From positions 325 to 64,324 of IMG/VR virus record IMGVR_UViG_3300046007_002820: a stretch of 64,000 nt of DNA. One strand, written 5' to 3'. Positions within the stretch are counted from its first letter, which is position 1, and every line of letters starts with the position of its first letter. Both the position numbers and the translations under genes were made by a program. The notes beneath the pieces were generated by a model. That model saw only the letters and a program-made list of their open reading frames with translations, did no database searches and was not told the origin of the DNA. Source of the DNA: a virus (Duplodnaviria > Caudoviricetes). Positions 26,691 to 36,457 of this stretch are shown here, piece after piece.

Positions 26691-26995
26691 CGAAGATAAT
26701 CGCAGTAGCTCTGAATTTCGACGGTAATGTGATTTCTTTACCACCGCCGAACCGACATCACAATTTGATGTGGCTTGCTCATATTTTAGGATTGAATCCG
26801 AACAGGGCTGAACAAGGTTTCATCGATGAGTGCGGATTGTTTTGGAATCGTAAAGATGCAGCCGAAGAAGTTCTTTCAACAGGCCAGGTGAAATCTTTGA
26901 TCGCCCGGCCGAATTTGTATTCTGAAGATTTGTTCGATGGCGGAGCCAATCTTCCTTCGTATGAAGAGTTGAGAAAGTTTCTATGCGGGAACTAA
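26687..26995 (+). CDS. conserved phage hypothetical protein
   Basis: PPNRHH...EQGFID..G.F..RKDA...LYSEDL motif. Confidence 0.7.
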   Translation: MTKIIAVALNFDGNVISLPPPNRHHNLMWLAHILGLNPNRAEQGFIDECGLFWNRKDAAEEVLSTGQVKSLIARPNLYSEDLFDGGANLPSYEELRKFLCGN

Positions 26996-27249
26996 ATCCG
27001 TTCAAATATCATGATCGGATTGGTCTAGATTTTCGGACTGGCCGAAGCAAAATGTTGGAGCCTGTAGAACGTCCGGGCTGGCCAACATTACATATCATGA
27101 AGACCATCGTCGGCGATAAATATCTCAGATTTGTTTTGAGAAATAAACGAAAACCTTACGAAAAATATAGACGAGATCGAAGAATCAAGAGATTAAGATG
27201 GAATATACTACCAACTTTAACACTGACTATGCGGCGTCATGATGACTGA
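26983..27249 (+). CDS. basic hypothetical protein
   Basis: ORF track; co-directional. Confidence 0.45.
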   Translation: MRELNPFKYHDRIGLDFRTGRSKMLEPVERPGWPTLHIMKTIVGDKYLRFVLRNKRKPYEKYRRDRRIKRLRWNILPTLTLTMRRHDD

Positions 27250-27405
27250 CCAATTTCGAGTAATTGTAGAACTCTGGAAGAAGAACAAGAAAACTGGAGA
27301 AGCTCGATTCGCTGATTTCAACGCAGCTCGACGATTCATGCTTTGGTATCGCGACGTCTATAGAGCAGAACCAAACACATACCTGAAAGGTCCGTATCCG
27401 CCAAT

Positions 27406-27603
27406 TTAGACTATTGTCAATCTTGATCCCGAAGAGCAAACTCTATATTTGATCGCTTGAGGTTGACAACCGACTCTAGGATTCATGTAATTAGATTCCC
27501 ATTGTGGAATTCTATCAGGAGATACTGTCTTAGATGGTTCACTTGGTTGCGCTAAGTTTATATGCAGTATAGTTGCGATCAACTTGAAAAATTCAGAAAC
27601 CAT
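27406..27603 (-). CDS. possible small late protein
   Basis: GGAG SD and TTAAATA-like late motif (27643-27649, minus strand) upstream; fills a gap with no obvious plus-strand gene. Confidence 0.4.
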   Translation of the reverse strand: MVSEFFKLIATILHINLAQPSEPSKTVSPDRIPQWESNYMNPRVGCQPQAIKYRVCSSGSRLTIV

Positions 27604-27626
27604 AAGAGGAATCTCCGGTAAAGAAA

Positions 27627-28025
27627 ATGCTTAAGCAATATCTATTTAAGATCTGGTTGTGGATTGGTGAGAAGTATTTCGTCGAACAGTATAAGAATAC
27701 CTCCATGTATTATTTCGTGAGGGATCAGGCGCGCGCCGCAAGAAATTTAGACATTGAAGAAGAGTTCAAAACGGCGAAACCTATTCTTTCTAAACCGAAG
27801 AAGAAATCGATTTCAAATGAACAGCTCATTCAAAAGCCTCGCTTTGGTGTAGGTACAGTCCCGCTCGAGAAATATGTTCCTACTGCTTTGGGATCAACTG
27901 CGCCAACCATTCATCTGTTCGGAGCAGCAAAACAATCGGAACCGCATCCAGACGAACAGGCAATTCAAGCAGAATTCCAACGTCAACAAATCTATAAAAA
28001 GCATGGTGTTCACGTCGATTCCTGA
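27627..28025 (+). CDS. hypothetical protein
   Basis: ORF track. Confidence 0.6.
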   Translation: MLKQYLFKIWLWIGEKYFVEQYKNTSMYYFVRDQARAARNLDIEEEFKTAKPILSKPKKKSISNEQLIQKPRFGVGTVPLEKYVPTALGSTAPTIHLFGAAKQSEPHPDEQAIQAEFQRQQIYKKHGVHVDS

Positions 28026-28035
28026 TAGATATCGC

Positions 28036-28064
28036 TTTACATTCTCTTAGATTCATATTAGAGT
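28036..28064 (+). promoter_or_regulatory. sigma70-like early promoter
   Basis: TTTACA-17nt-TAGAGT. Confidence 0.55.
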
Positions 28065-28090
28065 GAATTTCTGGAATGGAGGAAAGCGAA

Positions 28091-28222
28091 ATGAAATCTG
28101 GATCTATTCGTAATCCGATCGCGCGAGCTTTACGCTCGCCGCATTTGCGTAAGCAGGTGATCAAGCCGAAGAAGGGTCCAGGCTCTTATGATCGCCGCAA
28201 CAAGAAAGATGAATCTGAATGA
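28091..28222 (+). CDS. ArfA-like (alternative ribosome-rescue factor A) peptide, 43 aa (not in ORF track)
   Basis: MKSGSIRNPIARALRSPHLRKQVIKPKKGPGSYDRRNKKDESE matches the ArfA pattern N.I.A.L..P.(F/L)R..V...KKG.GSY.R; GGAGG SD; ATGA overlap with the next gene. Confidence 0.7.
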   Translation: MKSGSIRNPIARALRSPHLRKQVIKPKKGPGSYDRRNKKDESE

Positions 28223-28611
28223 AAGTTTCAATCGGTCCATATTCTAGGAAGAGTGGAACGCGTCGTGTGAATGTTCACATCGATGACTCCGATATCTGGA
28301 ATCTTGACCATACTCTAGCGTTGATCATTCTTCCCGCTCTTCAGAAGATGAAAGATGCGAAGAAGGGAGCTCCATTCGTAGATGATGAAGATGTTCCTTT
28401 CGAGCTTCGATCCATCAACGCCAAATCGAAAGAAAACGAGTGGGATATCGACGAATTTTGGTTCGATCGTTGGGATCATGTGATTCAGGTGATGATTGAC
28501 GGATTTTCTGAAATTGTCAACGATGGTGTAAATGACCATACTGTCGATGACAAGAAGGTTCGTGATGGTCTTCGTCTGTTCGGAAAATATTTTCGTGGCC
28601 TATGGTGTTAA
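28219..28611 (+). CDS. conserved T4-like hypothetical protein
   Basis: DIWNLDHTLALIILPAL...GAPFVDDEDVP...GLRLFGKYFRGLW. Confidence 0.75.
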   Translation: MKVSIGPYSRKSGTRRVNVHIDDSDIWNLDHTLALIILPALQKMKDAKKGAPFVDDEDVPFELRSINAKSKENEWDIDEFWFDRWDHVIQVMIDGFSEIVNDGVNDHTVDDKKVRDGLRLFGKYFRGLWC

Positions 28612-28622
28612 TATAGAGGATT

Positions 28623-29825
28623 GTGGACATGAAATATGAATTTCCTCTCATCACTGATGTAGAGCAAGTTCGGGCTGCTGTAAAAGGCAGGCCTGAATTC
28701 ATCGAAGCAGTTCGAGATCATTACACGATCTTCAACTACGTCGTATCTCTTCCGGATACATTCCCGCCTGTGAACAGTGAAGAAGAAGCGATTCTTCGTG
28801 AATGTCGCGGGATCGCGTTCTGCAACTATACCGGTAAAGTCCTGAACAGGAAATTCCACAAGTTCTTCAATCTCGCAGAACGAGAAGAAACTCGTCCGGA
28901 GAATGTGGATTTCTCGAGGTCGCATAAGATCATCGAGAAGCTTGATGGCTCTATGATTACGCCGATTCTTATCGACAACGAGCTTCAGTGGCATACCAAG
29001 ATGGGCAAGACTGAGATTGCCGATCAGGCTGCGACTTGGGCCGCTGAACATCCTAACTACGAACAATTCGCTCGCGCTTATCTGGCTCACAAAAGAACAC
29101 CAATATTTGAATGGTGCTCAAGAGATAATCAGGTTGTCATTGAACACGAAACTCCGAGACTTGTGTTGTTGGCCGCTCGGTATAATAGATCCGGGGAATA
29201 TATCCCGAGATGGGAATTGAAACACGATGCTGAGGTTTTTGATATAGATCTAGTCAGAGAGTTCGATTACTCGCAAATCGCCAACACGGAAGAAATCTGT
29301 GAACTTGTTCGGCAATGGACCGATGCTGAAGGTATCGTGATTTCGTTCGACGACGGTCACAAGATCAAAGTGAAAGCAGACTGGTATGTTCAGCTTCACC
29401 GCACCAAGGAAAAGATCAAGAGTGAGCGTCATATCATTTCGCTGATTTGTGAAAATCTAGTCGACGATCTTCTACCTGCTCTACAAGAAGTCGATAAGGA
29501 AATGGTGCTTCGGTATCAACACGAGTTCAACAAAATGGCTAACGATTGGACTCAGAATCTGACGCGAGTAATCAGCGCTGCTCAGACGAAACGCCTGACG
29601 CGTAAAGAATTCGCGCTGGATGTTGTGTCAGAATTCCCGCCGATTGTTCAATCGGTGCTTTACAAATGCTTCGAAGTAGGGTATGATGAGCTTCAATTCA
29701 CTGTGTTCAAGGAACTGGTTGGGCTCATGGCTAGGAATTCTGCTCATACGCGGAACTTCGAAAAGCTCAAGGCTCAATTGTTTCCGAGATTGGTTTATGC
29801 AAGGAAGGAGATTCTAGATGTCTGA
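28623..29825 (+). CDS. rnlA: RNA ligase 1 (T4 RnlA-like)
   Basis: LRECRGIAF, FHKFFNL.E, motif I EKLDGSM, TPIFEW, EGIVI, IKVKADWY. Confidence 0.9.
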   Translation: MDMKYEFPLITDVEQVRAAVKGRPEFIEAVRDHYTIFNYVVSLPDTFPPVNSEEEAILRECRGIAFCNYTGKVLNRKFHKFFNLAEREETRPENVDFSRSHKIIEKLDGSMITPILIDNELQWHTKMGKTEIADQAATWAAEHPNYEQFARAYLAHKRTPIFEWCSRDNQVVIEHETPRLVLLAARYNRSGEYIPRWELKHDAEVFDIDLVREFDYSQIANTEEICELVRQWTDAEGIVISFDDGHKIKVKADWYVQLHRTKEKIKSERHIISLICENLVDDLLPALQEVDKEMVLRYQHEFNKMANDWTQNLTRVISAAQTKRLTRKEFALDVVSEFPPIVQSVLYKCFEVGYDELQFTVFKELVGLMARNSAHTRNFEKLKAQLFPRLVYARKEILDV

Positions 29826-30345
29826 AGAAAAGCGTCGACCCATCTTTCTCATGATGGTCGGACTTCCGGCCTCGGGTAAGTCGACTCTGGTCGATATCCT
29901 GAAGGGTCCAAACGATGTCGTGCTCTCGACCGACAATTGGCTCGAAAATTATGCTAAGAACATCGGGCGCACGTATAACGATGTGTTCACCAAAATGCCT
30001 GAAGCTTTCAAGGCTGCAGAAATGCATATGGGTTACGATCTGCAGGATGCCATCGCGCGCGGCTCGGATATCGTTTGGGATCAGACGAATTTGTATCCGA
30101 AGACTCGTAAGGCGAAGCTCGCGAAGATTCCCAAGCACTACGAAAAGATCTGCATCAACGTCGTGACGCCGGATCCTGATGAGTGGGAGCGCAGACTTCG
30201 GTCACGTCCGGGTAAGATCATTCCGCAGCATGTTCTGGACTCCATGTCCAAGAGCCTGGTTTATGCGACTCCCGAAGAAGGCTTCGATGTCGTCTTTACT
30301 GTCGATCCGAGCTCTATGCTGATCGGTTCGAGCGAAGAAACCTAA
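29818..30345 (+). CDS. P-loop kinase, polynucleotide-kinase-like
   Basis: GLPASGKST Walker A, LSTD, WDQTNL...R; directly after the RNA ligase. Confidence 0.85.
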   Translation: MSEEKRRPIFLMMVGLPASGKSTLVDILKGPNDVVLSTDNWLENYAKNIGRTYNDVFTKMPEAFKAAEMHMGYDLQDAIARGSDIVWDQTNLYPKTRKAKLAKIPKHYEKICINVVTPDPDEWERRLRSRPGKIIPQHVLDSMSKSLVYATPEEGFDVVFTVDPSSMLIGSSEET

Positions 30346-30353
30346 GTTATATC

Positions 30354-30545
30354 ATGGCGAAACAATTTCACGTAGATTTTCGGAGAAAGAAACCAGAAGA
30401 GTCTGGTCTCGGAACACGATCGAAGATTTCAGGATCGATTGGGCAGGCTCTTCAGGGAGCTCAATCTGAAACAGCTGTGCAAATGTATCTTGCTCAGAAA
30501 TATCCTGGGAATGTCATCACAATTATGAAACTGGAGTGGAAATGA
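30354..30545 (+). CDS. hypothetical protein
   Basis: ORF track; co-directional. Confidence 0.55.
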   Translation: MAKQFHVDFRRKKPEESGLGTRSKISGSIGQALQGAQSETAVQMYLAQKYPGNVITIMKLEWK

Positions 30546-30798
30546 AGAAAGACAATTGGTTGATCATCAACACGATCGAATGGATCGGCGCGATTCTAGG
30601 ATACGCGATCCTTTTGGCAGTCATTCCATACGCAATCTGGAGTTTCTTCTTTGGCTAAGTTCGCGAAAGACATTCGCCCACTGAATCCGGATCCTATCGG
30701 CCCTGCTCACATCTACTGGCCGAATGGAGCTCCAACAAGTCGCGCCCCAAAGAAAGGAATTTACGCAATTGGATACAACAACGAACGCCTCTACGAAT

Positions 30799-31032
30799 TT
30801 GGTGAATTCTTTAGTCAGCGTATGGGGTAAAGACAACTGCCCACGTTGCGAGAAAGCTAAACATCTTCTAGCGAAACATGATATATCGTACAATTATTAC
30901 AAACTCGGCAAAGATTTTGAAAGAGAAGAATTGTTGGAGTGCGCTCCTAACGCGAAAGAATTCCCGCAAATTTTTGTGAATGATTACAATATCGGCGGAT
31001 ATACAGAATTGGAAAAGCTTCTAAATGGGTAG
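30799..31032 (+). CDS. glutaredoxin
   Basis: VWGKDNCPRCEKAK...FPQIFV...IGGYTEL; start uncertain (track gives 30724). Confidence 0.85.
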   Translation: MVNSLVSVWGKDNCPRCEKAKHLLAKHDISYNYYKLGKDFEREELLECAPNAKEFPQIFVNDYNIGGYTELEKLLNG

Positions 31033-31954
31033 AATTTTAGTAACAGGCAGCTCGGGATATATCGGTCGAGTTCTAGTTCGACGTCTGCAAGAACAGGGAT
31101 TTACTGTAATCGCTGTCGATAGAAATCCCTTCGATCATAAGGTGATTACGGATGTCGAAACAAGACTGTTAGATTGCCTTTACATTCCACATGATATTCA
31201 TCACGATAGCTACGATGCCATCGTGCATCTAGCAGCAGAAGATTTGATTTTACCTGGTCAGGAATATCCTGAACGGTATTATCTAAACAATGTCGCGAAA
31301 CTTCAGGCTGTGCTTCACGATCGCATTCGAAATAAACCATTCATCTTCGCATCGTCAGCAGCTGTATATCATCCTAGATTCCCTGGAGTTGTATCTCCTA
31401 GAACTGTATACGGTCGGACGAAACTTCAAGGAGAAGAGTTCCTTCTCGACATGAAGCGCGCGAATCCCGATTTCAAGTTGGCGATTCTACGATTCTTCAA
31501 CGTAGTCGGCGGCCATGAAGAACTCGGCCAGCCGGTCGATCAGCCGCATGTTTTGACTTCGATGCTTCGCGCTCGAGAAAAAAGTCAAGATTTTGTGATT
31601 CAAGGTGGAAACTACAGGACTCGAGATGGGACAGTCGTCCGAGATTACATCCATGTTCTAGATGTTTGCGATCACATCATCGACAATATGATGTACATGC
31701 CTTCGTCTAACGATACTATCATTCAGGATGTTGGAACAGGGAAGGGTACGACTCTTCGTGAACTGTTCGAAGTCTTTGTTCATACTGTAGGTAAACGTAT
31801 GCAGTGTGTCGAAGGACCTCGTCGGAGTTTCGAAGATCCTGAAGAGCTCATTGCGAATGCTAAGTTTATGGGTAATCTAGAGCATTCATCTTTACAGAAT
31901 ATCATTGTAACAGCGACTAAGGCATATGAAAAAGCAACCACCATCACGAACTGA
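31025..31954 (+). CDS. NAD-dependent nucleotide-sugar epimerase (GalE-like)
   Basis: ILVTGSSGYIG, VHLAA, FASSAAVY, YGRTK, LRFFNV, DGTVVRDYIHV. Confidence 0.9.
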   Translation: MGRILVTGSSGYIGRVLVRRLQEQGFTVIAVDRNPFDHKVITDVETRLLDCLYIPHDIHHDSYDAIVHLAAEDLILPGQEYPERYYLNNVAKLQAVLHDRIRNKPFIFASSAAVYHPRFPGVVSPRTVYGRTKLQGEEFLLDMKRANPDFKLAILRFFNVVGGHEELGQPVDQPHVLTSMLRAREKSQDFVIQGGNYRTRDGTVVRDYIHVLDVCDHIIDNMMYMPSSNDTIIQDVGTGKGTTLRELFEVFVHTVGKRMQCVEGPRRSFEDPEELIANAKFMGNLEHSSLQNIIVTATKAYEKATTITN

Positions 31955-32162
31955 AAAAGAAACTCCAGAAGAGATTGAACATCAGTACTCCGAAGAACTT
32001 CAGAAATTCGCAAGAGCCGCTCGAAATTTGAAGCGGTATCATGAAGATTGGATATATGCTTTGGGCATTTATGCATATATGATGAATGATCAGTTCGTTG
32101 CCGAACGCTGTTCGGAATCTATCGACGTAATTTTAGAAGTTGTAGAAGCATTCGGAGCATAA
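31926..32162 (+). CDS. hypothetical protein
   Basis: ORF track. Confidence 0.5.
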   Translation: MKKQPPSRTEKETPEEIEHQYSEELQKFARAARNLKRYHEDWIYALGIYAYMMNDQFVAERCSESIDVILEVVEAFGA

Positions 32163-32166
32163 GAAT

Positions 32167-33168
32167 ATGGGACTCATTGCCTGGAATGAATATTCCGAAA
32201 AATCCAATGGTGGCACTGAAATGTGTGCGCGATGGCTAGAAGCCGAACTTGGAGATGAATTTGGAAAAACACATCAAGTCATTCCGTCGAGAGTCCGTGA
32301 ACTTGATGAATCTCGCTACCGTGTATATTGGCTTCATGATCTCCCCTGGGATCCGGAAACGAGTCATCTGCAGGATGTAAAATCCCGCGAAAGATTTCAT
32401 CAGCTGGTATTTTGCGGCAACTGGCAACGCGCCATGTATCAGGGAGTTCTAGGAGTTCCTGCCGACGATACCGCACTGGTTATTGATACACCATCTCCAC
32501 CGATTTCTGTGACGAAGAAAGATGCTGAAGCGCCGATTCGTCTAGTCTATACCTCGACGCCTCAACGAGGATTGGAGATTCTGGTTCCAGTTTTTGTTGA
32601 ACTCTGTAAGAAGTACGACAACATTCAGCTAGATGTTTTCTCCTCATTTGAAATCTATGGTTGGGTGGGCGCTGACGAGCGTTTTGCGGAAGTATTCAAG
32701 ATTTGCCGCGAGCATCCACAGATTGTCTATCATGGAGCTCAGCCCAACGAAGTTGTTCGGAAACATCTAGAATCTGCGCATATTTTCGCGTATCCATCTA
32801 CATGGTTGGAATGTAACTCCAGATCACTCATCGAAGCTATGAGTGCGAAACTGATTTGTGTCCATTCCGATTACGGTGGTCTAGTCGACACGTCTGGATC
32901 AATGACTTGTATGTATCCGTATTTTCAGAATCCTAATGCTCACGCAGCTAGATTCTATACAGAACTCGACAACATCATCTCGAATTACAAAGATCGATTC
33001 GAGGAATATGATAACTATACATCGTTCGTAAAGCAATACGCCGATATGCGATTCAACCCAGCCACGCTTGCTTCGAAGTGGCGCAGTGTGTTAGAACGCC
33101 TTCCGAACAAATACGGATCGATTGGAATTCTTCCTCCGGGTGATACAGTTCTAGAGTTCAAAATCTGA
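32167..33168 (+). CDS. glycosyltransferase (GT-B fold, GT4-like)
   Basis: NGGTE, WLHDL, LVYTSTPQRGL, AYPSTWLE...LIEAM (EX7E motif). Confidence 0.85.
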   Translation: MGLIAWNEYSEKSNGGTEMCARWLEAELGDEFGKTHQVIPSRVRELDESRYRVYWLHDLPWDPETSHLQDVKSRERFHQLVFCGNWQRAMYQGVLGVPADDTALVIDTPSPPISVTKKDAEAPIRLVYTSTPQRGLEILVPVFVELCKKYDNIQLDVFSSFEIYGWVGADERFAEVFKICREHPQIVYHGAQPNEVVRKHLESAHIFAYPSTWLECNSRSLIEAMSAKLICVHSDYGGLVDTSGSMTCMYPYFQNPNAHAARFYTELDNIISNYKDRFEEYDNYTSFVKQYADMRFNPATLASKWRSVLERLPNKYGSIGILPPGDTVLEFKI

Positions 33169-34133
33169 TGAGCTTCACAGTTGCCGAAAGTCCGCTACGT
33201 ATCAGTCTATTCGGCGGCGGATCAGATCGACCAGAATTTTATGAAGAACATGGTCCGGGCACAGTTCTAGCCTGTGCGATCGACAAATACATGCGCGTCG
33301 CAGTCAATAAAGTCGACAACGATCTAATCAAGCTCATGTATTCTAAGATTGAAATTGTAGACGATATCGAAAAGCTTCAGCATGATATTGTTCGAAATGT
33401 CTGGAAACATTGGGAATTTCCAATGGGATACGAGATCGCATCGTTCGCCGATCTTCCAACAGTCGGAACTGGTCTCGGATCGAGTTCAGCTTTCACATGT
33501 GCATTAGTAGCAGCATTAGGAATAGAAGAGCAGGCACAATATATTGCAGAAGTTGCTTGTTCGATCGAGATTGATTTATGCAAGTCTCCGATTGGTAAAC
33601 AAGACCAATTCATGAGTGCATTCGGCGGCTCTGGTCAAATTATGTTTGATTCTATCGGAACTCATGTATCCTATACCGCACCCGTTTTAGATATGTCTTG
33701 GGCGATGTTAATCTATACAGGAACAAAAAGAAATACAAACTCCGTTCTTACACAACAAACAATGACTCCTGATAATGTGGAAATTCTAAAAAGATTGCGC
33801 GGCCAAGTATGGGACGCTACCAGCGAATTTTACGAAATTTGGTTGAATCAGACTCTCGAAAGTTATAAAACGATCGGTAAAATGCTTCACGAATCTTGGG
33901 AACTAAAAAGAACACTTCCTGGAGCTACAAATTCAGATATCGATGCTATATATCTAAAGGCTCGTCAAGCCGGAGCTCTAGGAGGAAAGATTCTAGGTGC
34001 TGGCGGTGGTGGATTCATGTTGTTGTGGGCTCATCCAGATGATCATCTGCAGATTCGAGATGCTCTTCATCCGCTTGTCCATACTCCATTCGAAATTTCA
34101 AAAACAGGAACCAGGTTGTTAACCAATGTTTAA
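33168..34133 (+). CDS. hddA: GHMP sugar kinase, heptose-7-phosphate 1-kinase-like
   Basis: SPLRISLFGGGSD, GTGLGSSSA, IGKQDQ, GGKILGAGGGGF. Confidence 0.85.
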   Translation: MSFTVAESPLRISLFGGGSDRPEFYEEHGPGTVLACAIDKYMRVAVNKVDNDLIKLMYSKIEIVDDIEKLQHDIVRNVWKHWEFPMGYEIASFADLPTVGTGLGSSSAFTCALVAALGIEEQAQYIAEVACSIEIDLCKSPIGKQDQFMSAFGGSGQIMFDSIGTHVSYTAPVLDMSWAMLIYTGTKRNTNSVLTQQTMTPDNVEILKRLRGQVWDATSEFYEIWLNQTLESYKTIGKMLHESWELKRTLPGATNSDIDAIYLKARQAGALGGKILGAGGGGFMLLWAHPDDHLQIRDALHPLVHTPFEISKTGTRLLTNV

Positions 34134-34734
34134 TCCGTATAATGTTCTATGGCACAGTGCTGATCTGGCCGCCAACGTCATAAACTGGAATATCAATGAA
34201 GAACAGCTACAAGAAATCTACAATACCCTCTATCATTGTATAGAATGTGAAGCGACTATCTATCTGATGGGTAACGGTGGTTCGGCTGCAATTGCGAATC
34301 ATTTCGAAACAGATTTACTAAAAGGTGTTAGAACATCGACTTGGGTCCGACCCAAGGTTAGATCACTATCATCGAACCCAACAATTCTAACAGCGATTGG
34401 TAACGATATTGGATTCGACGAAATCTATTCATATCAACTTCAATCGTTAGTCAAAGATGATGATGTTATTATTCTAATCTCTTCTTCAGGCAATTCTCCG
34501 AACATGAAATCTGTTGTGGAAACTCATAGAAAAGGAACCATCGTCGCAATTACTGGATTCGATCCTAACAATTACTTGAATACTTCTGACAAAGTCAAGC
34601 ATAAGATTCATATTCCTGTGAATAACTATGGCGTTGTCGAAGATGTTTCCTCGATGGTGATGCACAGCCTATCGCAGACTCTAAGAAAAGAATTTGCCAT
34701 GTATCCCGACGAAACAAAGAGCTTTACATTCTGA
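34126..34734 (+). CDS. gmhA: phosphoheptose isomerase (SIS domain)
   Basis: MGNGGSAAIANHF, TAIGND.GF, ISSSGNSPN, ITGF, YGVVED. Confidence 0.85.
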   Translation: MFNPYNVLWHSADLAANVINWNINEEQLQEIYNTLYHCIECEATIYLMGNGGSAAIANHFETDLLKGVRTSTWVRPKVRSLSSNPTILTAIGNDIGFDEIYSYQLQSLVKDDDVIILISSSGNSPNMKSVVETHRKGTIVAITGFDPNNYLNTSDKVKHKIHIPVNNYGVVEDVSSMVMHSLSQTLRKEFAMYPDETKSFTF

Positions 34735-34751
34735 TTGAAATGACGTATTAT
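34723..34751 (+). promoter_or_regulatory. sigma70-like early promoter
   Basis: TTTACA-17nt-TATTAT. Confidence 0.6.
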
Positions 34752-34789
34752 GACTTTATTGGAAACTTCCACGAAAGGAGTTCGTCATA

Positions 34790-35911
34790 ATGGCTGGTCG
34801 TCCTAAAGCCCCGAAAATCTCGGGAACTCAGAAAATGGCCGAAGTGAAGCTTCGGGGTTCTGAGCCTCAGAATGTCAAGATCGATACCGACCTCGACTAT
34901 ATGAACGCGATGAACTGGTACGCCGCTTACGGCGACAAGGAGTCGGCGCTCGGTTACCTCAAGGCTTATATGTCGAAGGGTGTGTTCACGAAGGATCAGA
35001 TCGATGTGATCGAACTTGGTCGAGTCGACCCTCTTCGCCTCATGAGCCTTGGTCATCGGGCTCGGATGATGAGTCGCGGCTGTGTCTTTGGCGAAAAGTT
35101 CCAAGGCTGGTTCGACGAGGGTCTTCAGAAGCTCATCGAAAGCGCGCAAACGAAGCGTCTTCAGGAAGTCAAGCCTACGACTGCTCAGCGTCTGCCAGGC
35201 GTAACTCAGTCAGATAAAATCTACGAAGAAGTTGGCTATGTCGAGGAAGCGCTCGACCAGTTCCTGCTTTCTGGGACTTCCGACTTCAGCGCCTACCAGT
35301 TCTTCAAGAATCGAAACTCGCGCCCCGATGCGGCGAAGATCGTGATCGATCGCTATACGCGGATCATCGAAGAACTCAATGCGGGTCTGGAAGAAGCTCG
35401 ACCAATGCCGACTCGTCAGAAGCGTGCGTATATCGTCTTCCTTCAGAAGATCATCGACGAATGCAATCTGTTCCTCGGTGCGAAGCAGGCCGAGAAGTCC
35501 GCAAAGAAGATTCAGCGCAAGCCGCGTCAGGTCAAGGCGAAGCCAGCCGAGGTGCTGGTCAAGAACGTCCGGTATCAGGCCGAGTCGAGCGAGTTCAAGA
35601 TTTCCTCGATTCAGCCAGCAGCCATCATTGGCGCGAAAGCTCTCGTAATCTTCAACACGAAGAACCGCAATCTTCAGCTCTATATTGCAGCCGATGATAC
35701 CGGTCTCGCCGTGAAGGGCACGAAGCTCATGAACGTCGACGAAGCAGCCTCGTTTGGATATAAGCTTCGCAAACCTGAGGTCTTCCTGCCGGCCACGGCC
35801 AGCCTGAACCTAAAGGCTCTCCAAGTCCAGATGCGGAAGCTTACCACAATGGAGCATAAGGGTAACGGTCGGCTCACCGAGGATACGATTCTTCTCAAGG
35901 TGTTCAAATAA
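34790..35911 (+). CDS. conserved T4-like hypothetical protein (basic)
   Basis: GSEP...AMNWY...IIGAKALVIFNTKNR...KLRKPE...NGRLTEDTILLKV; AAGGAG SD. Confidence 0.8.
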   Translation: MAGRPKAPKISGTQKMAEVKLRGSEPQNVKIDTDLDYMNAMNWYAAYGDKESALGYLKAYMSKGVFTKDQIDVIELGRVDPLRLMSLGHRARMMSRGCVFGEKFQGWFDEGLQKLIESAQTKRLQEVKPTTAQRLPGVTQSDKIYEEVGYVEEALDQFLLSGTSDFSAYQFFKNRNSRPDAAKIVIDRYTRIIEELNAGLEEARPMPTRQKRAYIVFLQKIIDECNLFLGAKQAEKSAKKIQRKPRQVKAKPAEVLVKNVRYQAESSEFKISSIQPAAIIGAKALVIFNTKNRNLQLYIAADDTGLAVKGTKLMNVDEAASFGYKLRKPEVFLPATASLNLKALQVQMRKLTTMEHKGNGRLTEDTILLKVFK

Positions 35912-35915
35912 ACAC

Positions 35916-35973
35916 TTTTCATTCTTATACGAATGAGGTATATTGAACTCATAGGAATTAGCTCTTAGGAGGT
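35916..35973 (+). promoter_or_regulatory. early promoter-leader cassette copy 1
   Basis: TTTTCA-17-TATATT-GAACTCATAGGAATTAGC...AGGAGGT. Confidence 0.85.
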
Positions 35974-35980
35974 ACGGTAA

Positions 35981-36208
35981 ATGGCTTGGCAATTGATAGA
36001 TACTGCACCGAAAGATGGGACAGTGTTCCTTGGCTGGCGGGAGGTCCCCACCTATGATGAGGACCTGCGGAAAACCGTCATCACGCGTGAGCCGTGTATT
36101 GCCCAGGTGGTCTTTGGTTCATTGTCCTCCATTCCGTTCTACGCCCGACCGGGTGGAGAACGGATTACCCACTGGCAGCCAATATCCCCACCGGAGGTGC
36201 CTAAGTGA
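35981..36208 (+). CDS. DUF551-like protein
   Basis: WQLIDTAPKDGT...ITHWQPI. Confidence 0.75.
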   Translation: MAWQLIDTAPKDGTVFLGWREVPTYDEDLRKTVITREPCIAQVVFGSLSSIPFYARPGGERITHWQPISPPEVPK

Positions 36209-36456
36209 AAACTTTCACGTCCGAAGAACTGCAGGAGCATGAGGATCGAGAAGAAGCTATCCGAGTTTTTCTGCGGGAGAAGGCTAAAACCCATTCCGCT
36301 CTACAAAAGGACCATATGCCTTGGTTCTGGGAGCATGCCTATTTGAATAGCTGGGATATGCTAGCGGATGGTCGAATCGCGGTACACTTGGACTGTGGTA
36401 CTCAGACCTACGTGTGTATCACGGTAGTACTTCCTGCTCAGGTCGCGGAGTCGTAG
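36205..36456 (+). CDS. hypothetical protein
   Basis: GGAGG SD, GTG start. Confidence 0.6.
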   Translation: MKTFTSEELQEHEDREEAIRVFLREKAKTHSALQKDHMPWFWEHAYLNSWDMLADGRIAVHLDCGTQTYVCITVVLPAQVAES

Positions 36457-36457
36457 A

